Below are positions 8,987 through 19,470 of a stretch of 64,000 nt of DNA, piece by piece. Origin of the DNA: an uncultured Holophagales bacterium. GTDB lineage: Bacteria > Acidobacteriota > Thermoanaerobaculia > Multivoradales > UBA5704. Where the stretch lies: NCBI GenBank assembly GCA_963842525.1, contig CAWJGT010000009.1, positions 1,632,001 through 1,696,000 of the forward strand. Direction: 5' to 3'. A program made the position numbers and the translations under genes. The notes beneath the pieces were generated by a model, which saw nothing but the letters and a program-made list of their open reading frames with translations, searched no databases and was not told the origin of the DNA. Within the stretch, counting starts at the first letter, position 1. Each line of letters starts with the position of its first letter.

Positions 8987-11109
8987 TCAGCGCGGCTCCC
9001 GGAGGGCTCCGGCGGCGAGCGCGCGGGTCAGGGCGGGGAGGCAGAGGAGGGCGTGCTGCGCCAGTGTGCGGCCGGCCTCGTCCAGCGCGTCGGCAGGCCA
9101 GAGGGTGTAGCGATGGCGGGGCGAGCCGCCGGTACCCTGGTCCCGGGGATGAATGAGAGCGAGAGCCTCCCGCGCCGCCGGATCGCCCTGGCGGTCGAGG
9201 AGGTGGGCGAGCTGGACGGCGAGCTGCGGCTGCTCCGGAAAGCGGGTCAGCCCGTCCCTCGCAAGCTCCAGGGCCTCTTCCGTCCGCCCTTCGCGCAGGC
9301 TGAGCCGGACGAGCTCCTGGCCGGCCACCTCCTCGATCCAGGAAGGGTTGGGAGAGGCGAGGAGACGGAGCAGCCCTTCGCGGGCCTCGACCGTGCGGCC
9401 GGTCCGGGCGAGGTTGACCGCGAGCCGCAGCCGGGCCTCGTCGCTCTCGGGGCGGATCTCCAGGAGCCGCGCCAGCAGAGCCGCCGCCTGCGCGTACTCG
9501 CCGCTCTTTTCGAAATGGGCCGCGAGGATCAGGCGGGCCGCCTCGCTGCGCGGGTCGAGAGTCAAGGCCCGGTCCAGCAGATCGCGGCTGGCGGTCTCGA
9601 CGCCACCGGCCAGGAGGTCGGCCGCCAAACGGACCAGCAGCCGGGCCGCGAGCGAGCCGGCGAGGTCGGTCCCGGCGCTCTTCGCGTACCTCTCGGCCAG
9701 ACCCGCCGCGGTGCGCAGGGAGCTCTCGGCCAGCAGATACTGCCGGCGGTCCCGCAGCACGCGGTAGAGCTCGGCATGAAAGAGGGCGAGAGGCAACAGG
9801 CTCTCGGGCTCGCCGCGGCCGAGGCGTTCGGCCGCCCGGGTCTCGGCCTCGCGCACGTCCGCGACCGCTCCCAGGGAATCCGCCGCACCCTGCCCGACCG
9901 CCGCGGTCTCGACGTCCGCCAGGCGCGCCGCGGTCTCTCCGAGCGGTGCCCCGGAGGCAAGCTTCTGTAAGGTCTCGCGATAGCCGTCGAGCGCCCGTGC
10001 AGCGATCTGCGCGTTGCGCCGGCGGCCGGCCAACGGCGGCGCCGGCACGGGCTGCGGGGCCGTTTCCGGAAGGTTCATGCGGCGCAGCTCGCTCCAGGCG
10101 ATCTCGCGGCCGGCCGGGCTCTCCGCCAGGACGGCGGCGGTCAGCTCGGCGCTCTCCAGGCCGTCGGCCGTGGCGGCGATCCGCCAGGTCCCTGTCGCGA
10201 GCGGCGGCAGCTCGAAGAAGCAGACCAGGCGCTCCAGGCCGCTGCCCGGCAGGACCGAGTGCTCCTCGACCTTCACCGGGACCGTCACGGGCGCGCCACC
10301 CTTCTCGTCGCGGAAGCGCAGCGCGAAGCCCTCTCCCGGCATGCCGCGCCCCAGGAGCACGGTGCGGAGCGGCCGGCCGCCGGCCAGCACGGGAAGGGCC
10401 GCAGGCAGGCTCCGCTCCGCGCCGGCGAGAGGAGCGAAGAGCGGCTCGAGGGCTGGATCGAGAGGAACGCTGCCCGGCCGCGCCAGGATCCAGAGGTCGC
10501 GCGGCTCCGGGAAGAGGGGGGCAGGAGGACAGGCCGGCTGTCGCCTGTCGCCGGCTGGGTCACCGGCAGGACCCGCAGGCTGTAGCGCAGGGTGTCCGGA
10601 TCGAGGACCAGGATGCGGACGGACCCTTCGCCGGGCGGCAGGTCGACCGTGCCGGCGAATTTGATGCCGCCCGCGAGGAGCGCTTCGCCCCAGGCCTTCA
10701 GGTCGAGGCGCAGGCTCTGCGCCAGGAAGCCGTGCACACCTCCGGACGGGCCGACGGCATAGGCGTAGATCTCGATCCGCCGGACGTCGGCCGGGCCGGC
10801 AGCGAGGAGGCCGGCGCCCTCGATCTCGACGAGGAACGGCACGGGGCCCGGTTGGCGGGCGCTCCCTGTGCCGGTCGGGAGCGCCACCGCGGCCATCGGA
10901 AGGCTGCCTCCCTCACTGCCGGTGGTCAGCAGCGCGGCCACGGGACCCTGGAGGCCGCGCAGCGAGTGGGTCTCCACGGCGAAGGGCTGGGGTTGCTGGG
11001 CTGTGGCTGCGCTTGCGAAAAGGACACCAAGAACAGCAAGGACACCAAGGACTCCAAGGACTCCAGCGCGTGTCTTTGTCGTCCTTGGTGTCCTTGTTGT
11101 CCTTTTCAT
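8987..11109 (-). CDS. Secreted TPR-containing protein; apparent frameshift in the G-run at 10516-10521
   Basis: ATG 11109 overlaps the upstream stop; signal peptide; one extra base in the homopolymer joins it to the TPR-rich 8987..10390 frame. Confidence 0.75.
11021..11104. repeat. Inverted array of 9-bp AAGGACACC-like units within a signal-peptide coding region
   Basis: aaggacacc/aagaacagc/aaggactcc units facing gtccttggtgtccttgttgtcctt; encodes RTTRTPRTTKT and GVLGVLGVLAVLGVL. Confidence 0.7.
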
Positions 11110-12782
11110 TGCCTCTGCCCCTTGTTCACGGCGGGGCCGAGGGGAATAGCCAGCGCGGAGTCGACGGCGCCCACCTCGTCGCGGACCGCCACGGCGATCC
11201 GCTGCTCGCCGCCGCGCAGGCGCAGCGAGGTGTCGAAGGTGCCGATCTGCGCCATGGACTCGACGATCTGGGCGTTGGGGATGTGGATGGGGATGGCGAG
11301 CTTCGGTGCCGCGGCGAGCATCCCGCCGGCGTCCTGGAGCAGGAGGAGGATCGAGAGCTGCCCCTGGTGGACGTCGCCGCGGGGGAGGAGGGCGAGCCGG
11401 GCGAGCGGGATCTTCACCCGGACCGGGATTGTGGAGCCCTTCCCCTTCTCGCCTTTCGCGCGTGCGCCGAGCTCGAGCTGGACGTCCAGCGGGTTCGCGG
11501 CCATGCCGAGCAGCAGGGCGGAACCGGCGCGGTCGCGCAGGCGCTGGTCCGGCGTCTCGTCTCGGTATCTCGTGGCGTGCCGCACCCGGACCCCGGGACG
11601 CCGCACCCGGACCTCCAGGTTGTGCTGGGCTCCGTCGCCCCCATGCGGCGATTCGAACGCCAGCCGGTAGGAGAGCTTGAGGTCCGCCCCGATCCGCTCG
11701 GCGAGCCGGCCGAGCCCCTCGGGGAGCGGCGAAAAGGCCCCGCCGGTCTCCTCCGCGATCCGTTGCAGCGATTCTTCGACCGTCGTCCTGGACACCAGGG
11801 CGGAGGTGCCGCGGGACCGGCGCTCGCCGGACGGAACAAGGGCCTCGCCGCCCGACGGGTCGAGCGTGTAGAAGGCGACCCGGTCGGCCCCTGCGTCCGC
11901 GATGAGGTCCTGCAGCTCCCGGTCGGTCCGGTAGGCCGGCATATCGAGCGCGACCGATCCCCCTCCCGTGGCCGCCGAGACCGCGCGGTACCGGTCGATC
12001 CACGCCTGGAACAGGGGCTCGCCCGGGTTGAGGTCGATCCCGCCGCTCACCAGGAGGATGGCCTTGTGTCCCGGCAGCTCCGCGAGGGCACCCGTCAGCT
12101 CTCCCAGGGACGCGAGGGTGCGCAGGCTCCGCGTCTTCTCCTGTCCCGCTAGCTGGCGGACGGCGGCGAGCGTGGAGGCTCCTGCGCTCTCCGCGGCCAG
12201 CCGGGTGTCTTCCGCTTCGCCGCGCCCCGGGCCGGCGGCCTTCTCGGCAGGAGCCTCGCCGAACCGGATCTCCGCCAGGAGCGCCCGCTGCGCCGACATC
12301 TCCGAGCCCACGCCGGACGGTGTCTTCTCCAGGCGTTCGAGCGCGCTCGCCACCTGCGCCCGGTCCGAGGTGAGCTCCTGCTCGATCCGGATCTCCCGGT
12401 TCTGCCGCGCTACCAGGATCCGGTCGGCGGCCGAGGTCAGGGTCGGGAGCTGGCGCCGCAGCTCGGCGAAGATCGCGGTCCGGTGGGTCGGCGCCAGCCG
12501 CGTCTCGTCCACGATCAGGACGAGGTGGGTCGGCGCCGGCGCGGCGAGGCGCGGGCCCGGGACAGGCTCGCCGTCGTCATACACCTCGAAGTCCTCGGCC
12601 GTGAGACCGGGGAGCGGGCTGCCGTCCTCGCCGGTGGCCACGACGTCGAGGACCACTACGTTGGGCTCTGGAGGCGGCAGGAGACCCGCGACACTCTCGC
12701 TCTCCGGCGCTTGAGCCGGAGCCTGGAGCGCGGTCAGCGACAGCGCCAGGACCGCCGCCGGGAGATGCCATGTCCGCACCAT
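11106..12782 (-). CDS. Secreted VWA-domain protein (Acidobacterial VWFA-related)
   Basis: Signal peptide; LTAEDFEVYDDG, LPGHKAILLVSGG, IAEETGG, SYRLAFE. Confidence 0.85.
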   Translation of the reverse strand: MVRTWHLPAAVLALSLTALQAPAQAPESESVAGLLPPPEPNVVVLDVVATGEDGSPLPGLTAEDFEVYDDGEPVPGPRLAAPAPTHLVLIVDETRLAPTHRTAIFAELRRQLPTLTSAADRILVARQNREIRIEQELTSDRAQVASALERLEKTPSGVGSEMSAQRALLAEIRFGEAPAEKAAGPGRGEAEDTRLAAESAGASTLAAVRQLAGQEKTRSLRTLASLGELTGALAELPGHKAILLVSGGIDLNPGEPLFQAWIDRYRAVSAATGGGSVALDMPAYRTDRELQDLIADAGADRVAFYTLDPSGGEALVPSGERRSRGTSALVSRTTVEESLQRIAEETGGAFSPLPEGLGRLAERIGADLKLSYRLAFESPHGGDGAQHNLEVRVRRPGVRVRHATRYRDETPDQRLRDRAGSALLLGMAANPLDVQLELGARAKGEKGKGSTIPVRVKIPLARLALLPRGDVHQGQLSILLLLQDAGGMLAAAPKLAIPIHIPNAQIVESMAQIGTFDTSLRLRGGEQRIAVAVRDEVGAVDSALAIPLGPAVNKGQRQ

Positions 12783-13060
12783 TGTGCGGAAGAGTATAGG
12801 GCCTACGGCAGGAAGCCGTGGCCCCTCTGTTCCGTCTCCTGCGCATCCCCCTATGACGCCGTACCGCCCGCGACGGGCGGCGGCTTGATTGGCCCCGAGG
12901 GGCAAGGAGACGAGCAATGCGTGCGAAGAAGGAGATCTTTCACCGGATCGGCCGCGTGATTTGCGGGCTGCGGATGCCCTCTCCAATGCAAAACGCTCGG
13001 AAGAGCCGCTTCCCCTCACAGAGAGGTCGCCTTTTCTGTGTCCCACCGTAGAATCCCGCC

Positions 13061-13651
13061 ATGCTTCTTCGCCTTGCCGAGCCCGCCGACGCGGCCGGGA
13101 TGCTCGCCATCTACGCTCCGATTGTCCGCGACACGCCGATCTCGTTCGAGCTGGAGCCGCCGTCCAAGGAAGAGCTTCGACGGCGGATCTCTGTCACCCT
13201 TGAACGCAGGCCCTGGCTCGTCTGCGAGATCGGTGGGGGAGTGGCGGGATACGCCTATGGAGCCGCGTACCGTGACCGCGCCGCCTACCAGTGGTCGGTG
13301 GAGACGAGCGTGTATGTCCATCCGGACCACCGCCGCCGCGGCGTGGCCGGCGCGCTGTATGCGGCGCTCCTCGCCGCGCTGTCCGCCCAGGGCTATCGCA
13401 CGGCGCTGGCGGGGATCACCCTCCCGAACCCGGCGAGCGTCGGTTTTCACGAGTCGTTCGGATTCTCATGGATCGGCGTCTACCGGTCGGTGGGCTTCAA
13501 GCTCGGAGCCTGGCACGACGTGGGCTGGCTGCAGCGTCCGCTGCGGGAAGACCGGAGCGCGCCCGTGGGTCCGCCCTGCCTGCTGGAGGAGCTGTTGGAG
13601 AAGCCCGCCTGGCAGGAGGCGCTCTTGGCCGGCCGCTCCCGGCTCTGGTAA
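13061..13651 (+). CDS. GNAT N-acetyltransferase (phosphinothricin/ArsN-like)
   Basis: ISFELEPP, RAAYQWSVETSVYV, PNPASVGFHESFGF, VGFKLGAWHDV. Confidence 0.92.
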   Translation: MLLRLAEPADAAGMLAIYAPIVRDTPISFELEPPSKEELRRRISVTLERRPWLVCEIGGGVAGYAYGAAYRDRAAYQWSVETSVYVHPDHRRRGVAGALYAALLAALSAQGYRTALAGITLPNPASVGFHESFGFSWIGVYRSVGFKLGAWHDVGWLQRPLREDRSAPVGPPCLLEELLEKPAWQEALLAGRSRLW

Positions 13652-13678
13652 GAGGGCGGAGACTCTGTGACACGTGCC

Positions 13679-14044
13679 AATGAAGCTCCGGCTAAAGCCT
13701 CTGGCGCTCCGGTCGTGGCGGAGAGCCAAAGGCAGTGACGGAGAGCCAAAGTCACGACCTGTGGCTCTGCGGCAGTGACGGAGCCCCAAAGGCACGGTTC
13801 AGTGAAGCTCCGGCTAAAGCCTCTGGCCCTCCGGTCGTGACCGAGAGACAAAGGTCGTGACGGAGAGCCAAAGTCACGACCTTTGGCTCTGTGGCAGTGA
13901 CGGAGCCGCAAAGGCACGGTTCAATGAAGCTGCGGCTAAAACCTCAGGCGCTCCGGTCGTGACGGAGAGCCAAAGGCAGTGACGGAGAGCCAAAGACACG
14001 TACCGTTGGCTCTGCGGCCATGACGGGGCCACCGAGGCGGTGAC
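13679..14044. repeat. Three tandem 122-bp units built from 20-21-bp sub-repeats
   Basis: Units start at 13679, 13801 and 13923 with A(A/G)TGAAGCT(C/G)CGGCTAAA; internal GGCAGTGACGGAGAGCCAAA motifs and their inverted form TTGGCTCT. Confidence 0.9.
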
Positions 14045-14134
14045 GCAGAGACAGCGCCATATGTCTTTGCAGGCAATCCTCAGGTCTGATTGTTGCGTAG
14101 AATGTCGGCAACGCGCTGTTCACCCTGACCGGAT

Positions 14135-14647
14135 ATGGAAATCACCCGCATCGACCCCTTTCTGGACTATTTCGAGCGTGTACACGAGAGGACGCGCCGC
14201 GTCATCCTCTGCATTCCGCCCGAGAGCCTGGAGTGGTCGCACCGGCCGGGGGCCTTCACGCTCGGCGACCTCGTCCGCCACCTGGGAGCGATCGAGCGCC
14301 ACATGTTCGCCGAGAACGCGCAGGGCAGGACCAGCCGCTATCCCGGCCATGGGCCGGAGCTCGCCGAGGGCTGGGACGAGGTGGTCTCGTTCTTCGACCG
14401 GATGCATCGCGAGTCGATGGAAATCTTCCGGGGTCTGACCGCGGACGACCTCGCCCGCCGCTGCGAGACCCCCGGCGGCACTCAGCTCGCGGTCTGGAAA
14501 TGGTTGCGCTCCATGGTGGAGCACGAGATCCACCACCGCGGCCAGATCTACCTCATGCTGGGCATCCTGGGAGTCCCGACGCCTCCGCTCTATGGCCTCA
14601 CCTCCGAAGAGGTCAGGGAGCGGTCGGTTCCGCCGGATTCGCGATAA
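14135..14647 (+). CDS. DinB family protein
   Basis: TLGDLVRHL and MVEHEIHHRGQIY. Confidence 0.92.
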   Translation: MEITRIDPFLDYFERVHERTRRVILCIPPESLEWSHRPGAFTLGDLVRHLGAIERHMFAENAQGRTSRYPGHGPELAEGWDEVVSFFDRMHRESMEIFRGLTADDLARRCETPGGTQLAVWKWLRSMVEHEIHHRGQIYLMLGILGVPTPPLYGLTSEEVRERSVPPDSR

Positions 14648-14664
14648 GATCTAGTGCACCCGTC

Positions 14665-16431
14665 ATGGACCAGCTTGCGACCTCTTCGACGCTGCCGGGC
14701 GCGCCTTCCGACGCGACCCTGGCTCTCCTGGCCGCGATCCAGGAGCTTCAGGCTGCTCCGGACCTGCGGACCGGCCTCGCCGGGATCGCCGAGCATCTGC
14801 GCGGCGGTCTGCGGTTTGACAATCTGAGCGTCCTGCTGCTCGACGAGCTGGGCCGGGAGCTGCACTTCGAGCTTGCCGTGGGACTGCCGCAGGAGGTCGC
14901 GGACCACTGGCGCTTCGGCTTGGGGCAGGGGATCGTGGGTACCGTGGCCCGCGAGGGCCGGCCGCTGCGTGTGGGCGACGTCCTGGAGGATCCCCGCTAC
15001 ATCCGGGCGACCGACGGCGTCCGCTCCGAGATGGCGGTCCCTCTCGTGGTCCGCGGGCGCACCATCGGCGTGCTGGACGCCGGCAGCTCCCACCCCCACT
15101 GCTTCACCGAAGAGCAAGAGCGGCTGATGACGTTTGTCGCCGGGTTCCTGGCCAGCGCCATCGAGAACGCCCAGATCCATCGCAACCTCCTCGACCAGGC
15201 TCAAACGCTGTCGGTCCTCCACGAGGTCGGCCGCGAGCTCAACGCCATCCTCGACCGCCGCCGGCTCCTCGAAAAGGTCGCCGAGCTGCTCCAGCGGCTG
15301 ATCGACTACGACCTTTTCAGCGTCATGCTGTGGAACGAGGACCGCCGGCTCCTCGAGCCCTCGATGTCCTACCTGCGCGACGGCCGGGAGCTGGCGGGGA
15401 TCTTGAGCATCCCCCTCGGCAAGGGGCTCACCGGCACAGCCGCGGCCCTGCGCCAGCCGATCCGGGTGCCGAACGTCCATCTCGACCCGCGCTACGCCCG
15501 CTGCAGCACCGGCCTCGAGGTGAATTCCGAGCTGGTCGTCCCCCTGATCCTCAAGGACCGCCTGCTGGGCGTCCTCGACCTCGAGAGCTCGCGTTACGAC
15601 GCCTTCAGCGCCCGCCACGAGCAGCTCCTCTCGACGCTCGCCTCCACCCTGGCCATTGCTTTGGAGAACGCCCGTCTCTACGAGCGTCTGCGCGAGGACG
15701 ACCAGACGATCCGCAGCGACCTCGCCACGGCGCGCGAGATCCAGGCGCAGCTCATGCCCAAGGCCTCGCCGTGGATCCCCGGCCTCCAGGTCGGCTTCGC
15801 CTACGAGCCGGCACGCGACCTGGGGGGCGACTTCTACGACTTCCTGACCTATGGCGAGGGCCGGCTGGCCGTGGCAGTCGGGGACGTGGCCGGCAAGTCC
15901 ACGGCCGCCGCCCTCTACGGCTCTTTCGCCGTGGGCACCCTGCGCGAATATGCGACCCAGGGCGTCTACCGGCCGGCGCAGGTGTTGGCGGACATGAGCT
16001 GCAAGCTCAAGGAGCTGCGGATCGATCACCGCTTCGTGGCCATGACCTTCGCCGTCTGGGACGGCGCCGCCCGCACGCTGACCATCGCCAATTCGGGCCT
16101 TCCGCATCCCTATCATCTCGTCGCAGGCGAGGTGCGCGAGATCGCCGTCCACGGTGTGCCCCTCGGCGTCCTGGCGTGCCACACCTATGACGAGGTCACG
16201 CTCACCCTGCAGCCGGGCGAGGCCGTCGTCTTCTGCTCGGACGGCATCGAAGAGTGCCGCAACGGACAATCCGAGGAGCTGGGGAGCGAGCGCGTCCGCG
16301 AGGTCCTGCGCAGCCTCGCCGGCGCCACCGCCTCCGAGATCGCCCAGGGGCTCCTCGACACCACCCGGCGTCACTCCGGACCTGCCGAGATCTACGACGA
16401 CCGGACGATCGTGGTGCTCAAGGCGAGTTGA
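14665..16431 (+). CDS. GAF-GAF-SpoIIE (RsbU-like PP2C phosphatase)
   Basis: Two GAF repeats (GQGIVGTVA...SEMAVPL; GKGLTGTAA...SELVVPL); GGDFYD, GDVAGK, SDGIEE, DDRT. Confidence 0.92.
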   Translation: MDQLATSSTLPGAPSDATLALLAAIQELQAAPDLRTGLAGIAEHLRGGLRFDNLSVLLLDELGRELHFELAVGLPQEVADHWRFGLGQGIVGTVAREGRPLRVGDVLEDPRYIRATDGVRSEMAVPLVVRGRTIGVLDAGSSHPHCFTEEQERLMTFVAGFLASAIENAQIHRNLLDQAQTLSVLHEVGRELNAILDRRRLLEKVAELLQRLIDYDLFSVMLWNEDRRLLEPSMSYLRDGRELAGILSIPLGKGLTGTAAALRQPIRVPNVHLDPRYARCSTGLEVNSELVVPLILKDRLLGVLDLESSRYDAFSARHEQLLSTLASTLAIALENARLYERLREDDQTIRSDLATAREIQAQLMPKASPWIPGLQVGFAYEPARDLGGDFYDFLTYGEGRLAVAVGDVAGKSTAAALYGSFAVGTLREYATQGVYRPAQVLADMSCKLKELRIDHRFVAMTFAVWDGAARTLTIANSGLPHPYHLVAGEVREIAVHGVPLGVLACHTYDEVTLTLQPGEAVVFCSDGIEECRNGQSEELGSERVREVLRSLAGATASEIAQGLLDTTRRHSGPAEIYDDRTIVVLKAS

Positions 16432-16434
16432 GGC

Positions 16435-17579
16435 ATGGATAAGATTTTCTTCGAAAACATCCGCTGCTTCGCATCCAGGCAGGAAGCCCGTCTGGCTCCG
16501 CTGACGGTGCTAGTGGGGGAGAACAGCTCGGGGAAGTCCACGTTCCTTGCGCTGGTGCGGCTTGCATGGGACGTGGCGATGCTGCAGCCGCTCGACTTCA
16601 ACGAGGAGCCGTTTCTTCTTGGCTCTTTCGATCAGATTGCAAATGTGTCTCGCCAGAGAGAAGAAAAAAAGTTCCTGCTCGGTCTTGATGTGGTGCTCCT
16701 GTCGGGCCCGAACGTGACCGTCAGCGGAACGTTCGAGCCTCAGGCCGGACTTCCCTCGCTCTTCCAATGGAGCCTGGAAATCCCGCCATTCCGCTTGGAT
16801 CTAGGTGGTGCCGGAAAGGCTCAGCCTTCTCCAGCAGACGTTTCAACCGGATCAAGGGAGAGGATCGTGACGCTTTCTTTGCTGCTCTGGACCTCTTGGG
16901 GCCGCGCCGGCCTTATGCTTTTGCTCCGATCCGAACCCGACCTCAGCGAACCTATGATCCGATCCGGAGCACCGCAGATCCCGAGGGCTCTCATGTGCCG
17001 ATGTTGCTGGCCACCGTGCCTCTCCGGGAGCCCGAAAAATCAGAGTCCCTCTTCTCGGCTCTGACCGCCTTTGGCCGCCACTCGGGCCTTTTCGAGCAGA
17101 TCAACGTCCGCCGGCTGGGAGAAGCCATAGGCGATCCTTTTCAAGTCCAGGTCCAGCTTGGCGGCAATCCGGTCAACCTCATCGATGTCGGCTATGGTGT
17201 GAGCCAGATCCTTCCGATTGTCGTGGAGTGCCTGCGCGGCGAACCGGGTAGGACGTTTCTCCTCCAACAGCCGGAGGTCCACCTGCACCCGCGAGCGCAG
17301 GCGGAACTGGGGTCCTTCCTGGGCGTCCTCGCCAAAGAGCAGGAGAAGCGGTTCGTCATCGAGACGCACAGCGATTACCTGGTAGACCGCATCCGGATGG
17401 ATATCCGCGACCGGAAGGGGATCACCCCCGAAGACGTCTCCCTACTGTACTTCGAGCGTCGCAACGGCGAGGCGCAGATCCATGCCTTGACCCTCGACGA
17501 GCAGGGAAACATCCTCGACCCTCCTCCCGGGTATCGGAGCTTCTTCCTCCAGGAAGAGAGAAGGTTCCTGGGAGGCTGA
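16435..17579 (+). CDS. AAA_15/AAA_21-type ABC ATPase (DUF3696-like C-terminus), frameshifted near 16810-16840
   Basis: GENSSGKS in the first frame; DVGYGVSQILP, QQPEVHLHPRAQ and IETHSDY in the second. Confidence 0.8.
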
Positions 17580-17682
17580 CGCGTCGTCCACGACCTGCGG
17601 CCGTCTCCGCCGGCGCCGCAAGGAATGACCGACGGTGCTGCCTGGCGCGGGCTCACGCTTGCCGCAACCCAAGCCTTCCAGG

Positions 17683-17929
17683 CCGGCCCAACGGGCCGAG
17701 AGACTCCAGCCCAGGGCTGCGGCCGAAGGCCAATGCCCTGGGTCAACAGGTCCCACGTTCAGGCGGCCTGAAAGGGCCGCGAGACCTCTTGGCTGAACCG
17801 GGAGCTGAGCCGACTCCGGCAGAAAACTCTCGCGGGCCTTTCAGGCCGCGGGGTTTGATCACCTCTCTGCCCAGGGCATCGGCCTTCGGCCTCAACCCTG
17901 GGCTCCGTTCTCCCGGCCCGTTGGGCCGG
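17683..17929. repeat. 247-bp nested palindromic element (REPIN/MITE-like) between convergent genes
   Basis: Perfect 16-bp terminal IR CCGGCCCAACGGGCCG; inner inverted pairs CCCAGGG...GGCCGAAGGCC...CCCTGGG and GGCCTGAAAGG/CCTTTCAGGCC. Confidence 0.85.
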
Positions 17930-17975
17930 GTGGAGACGAAATCTGAACGCCGTACGGACTCTCGGATGTGGTAGA

Positions 17976-19362
17976 TCAGGGCCTCGGATGGGCCGTGTGG
18001 AGAGCAACCAACGCAGCGATCGCAAGGAGCGCCACAAGAGCGAGCAGGCCGAGGTCCGAAAGCGACGGAACCTGAATGACACCGGCGGCGGTGCAGAGCT
18101 GAGGTGAGGTCAGGAAGGGGATGAAGACGACGCGGTCGTCCACGACGTCCCCCGTGCCTCCCGGGTTGGCAGGATTCGTCGGCCCGGTCGGGCTGCCCCA
18201 CCAGTTGAGCGTCGCATCGGCGTCACTTCCCTCGTAGTAGGAGCGGGTGAAGAGAGCGGCTCCCGTGGGGGGCACGTTGGTGTTGCCTTCGAAGGCGTTG
18301 CCGCGGATCACCCCTGTGTCGTTGTCGATCACCAGGCCGGTGGCGTTGTTGCGGATCTGGTTGCAGCGGAATTCGTTGCGCAGGTTCTCCTGCGCTCGCG
18401 GGGTGCAGGAGATGTCGCCGATGTTCACGATCCCGAAGTCGGAGTCCGCGGCCAGATTGTTGACCACCTGGTTGTCCCGCGCCGAGACCACGATGATGGC
18501 CGAACCAAGGCCGAGGCTGGGGTCTCCCGTAAATCGCATTCCGGACACGACGTTGTCTTCCACCACGACGCCGCGTGCGCCGCGGGAGACCTGGATTCCA
18601 TTGCGGGCGACCAGGTTGCTTGGCGTCGAGGTGATGACGCTCTCTCGCACGCTCCCGCTCGGCCCGAAGTCGGCGGCGCAGTTGCAGCCGGTGATGAAGA
18701 TGCCGGTCTTCTGGAAATCCGTGATCGAAACCCCGATGATGTCGACCCTGGGGGGTGGATCGACAGCCTGAGGCTCCGTCTGCACCACGATGCCCAGCCC
18801 GGCGACCTGGTTGCCGGAGGCGGGCTCGGTCCGCAGGTGCGTCACGCCTCCGCCACGGATCACGCCGGACGAGCTTCCGGTAGAAGATGCCGATCCAGCG
18901 TGCCGGCTCGGTGGGTGCCATGAGGGCGTCGCTGCCGTCGATCGTGAGGCCGTTCAGCACGATGCCGGTGCTATCCCGCACGAGCACGACGGACCGGCCG
19001 GGCAACCCCGAGCAAGGGCTTCCCTGCTCGACGTCCGGGCTCCCCACGACCGCGAGATCCGGCCGGAGAGTGACGCCGGCGGCGTTGACGGTCAGATCCT
19101 GCCGGCCGATGATCCGGACCCGCTGGTTGTACGAGCCGGGAGCGATCTCGATCGTGTCGCCGGAGACGGCCTGGTCCACGGCGTGCTGGAAGGTGGCGCA
19201 AGGAGCAGCAGGGTTCGAGCAGTTGTTCCCGGCGTCGCTGCCTCCCGCCGCAACATGCCGGGCCACCCCTTCTGCCGGAACGGCGAAGGCCAGGAGCAGA
19301 ACCAGTGGCAACCAGGGCTTGCAACGCCAGGGCACGCGAATCCTCCCGACGAACGGAGCCAT
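17976..19362 (-). CDS. Secreted right-handed parallel beta-helix protein with IPTL-CTERM-like sorting tail; frameshift near 18874
   Basis: Signal peptide; PCATFQHAVDQAVSGDTIEIAPGSY; beta-helix repeats; DATLNWWGSPTGP; C-terminal VPSLSDLGLLALVALL. Confidence 0.8.
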
Positions 19363-19470
19363 TCTATATCACTAAAGGACTCGGATGGAGCAATTCCGCG
19401 GCGTATTTCGCGAACGCGGGTTACTCCAAAGCATGTTGGCAATAAGGTTATGCGTGCTTCGCCGGCCGGC

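Noticed and set aside
13679-14044. CRISPR array
   Set aside because: The intervening segments repeat rather than being unique spacers, and there are no cas genes in the window.
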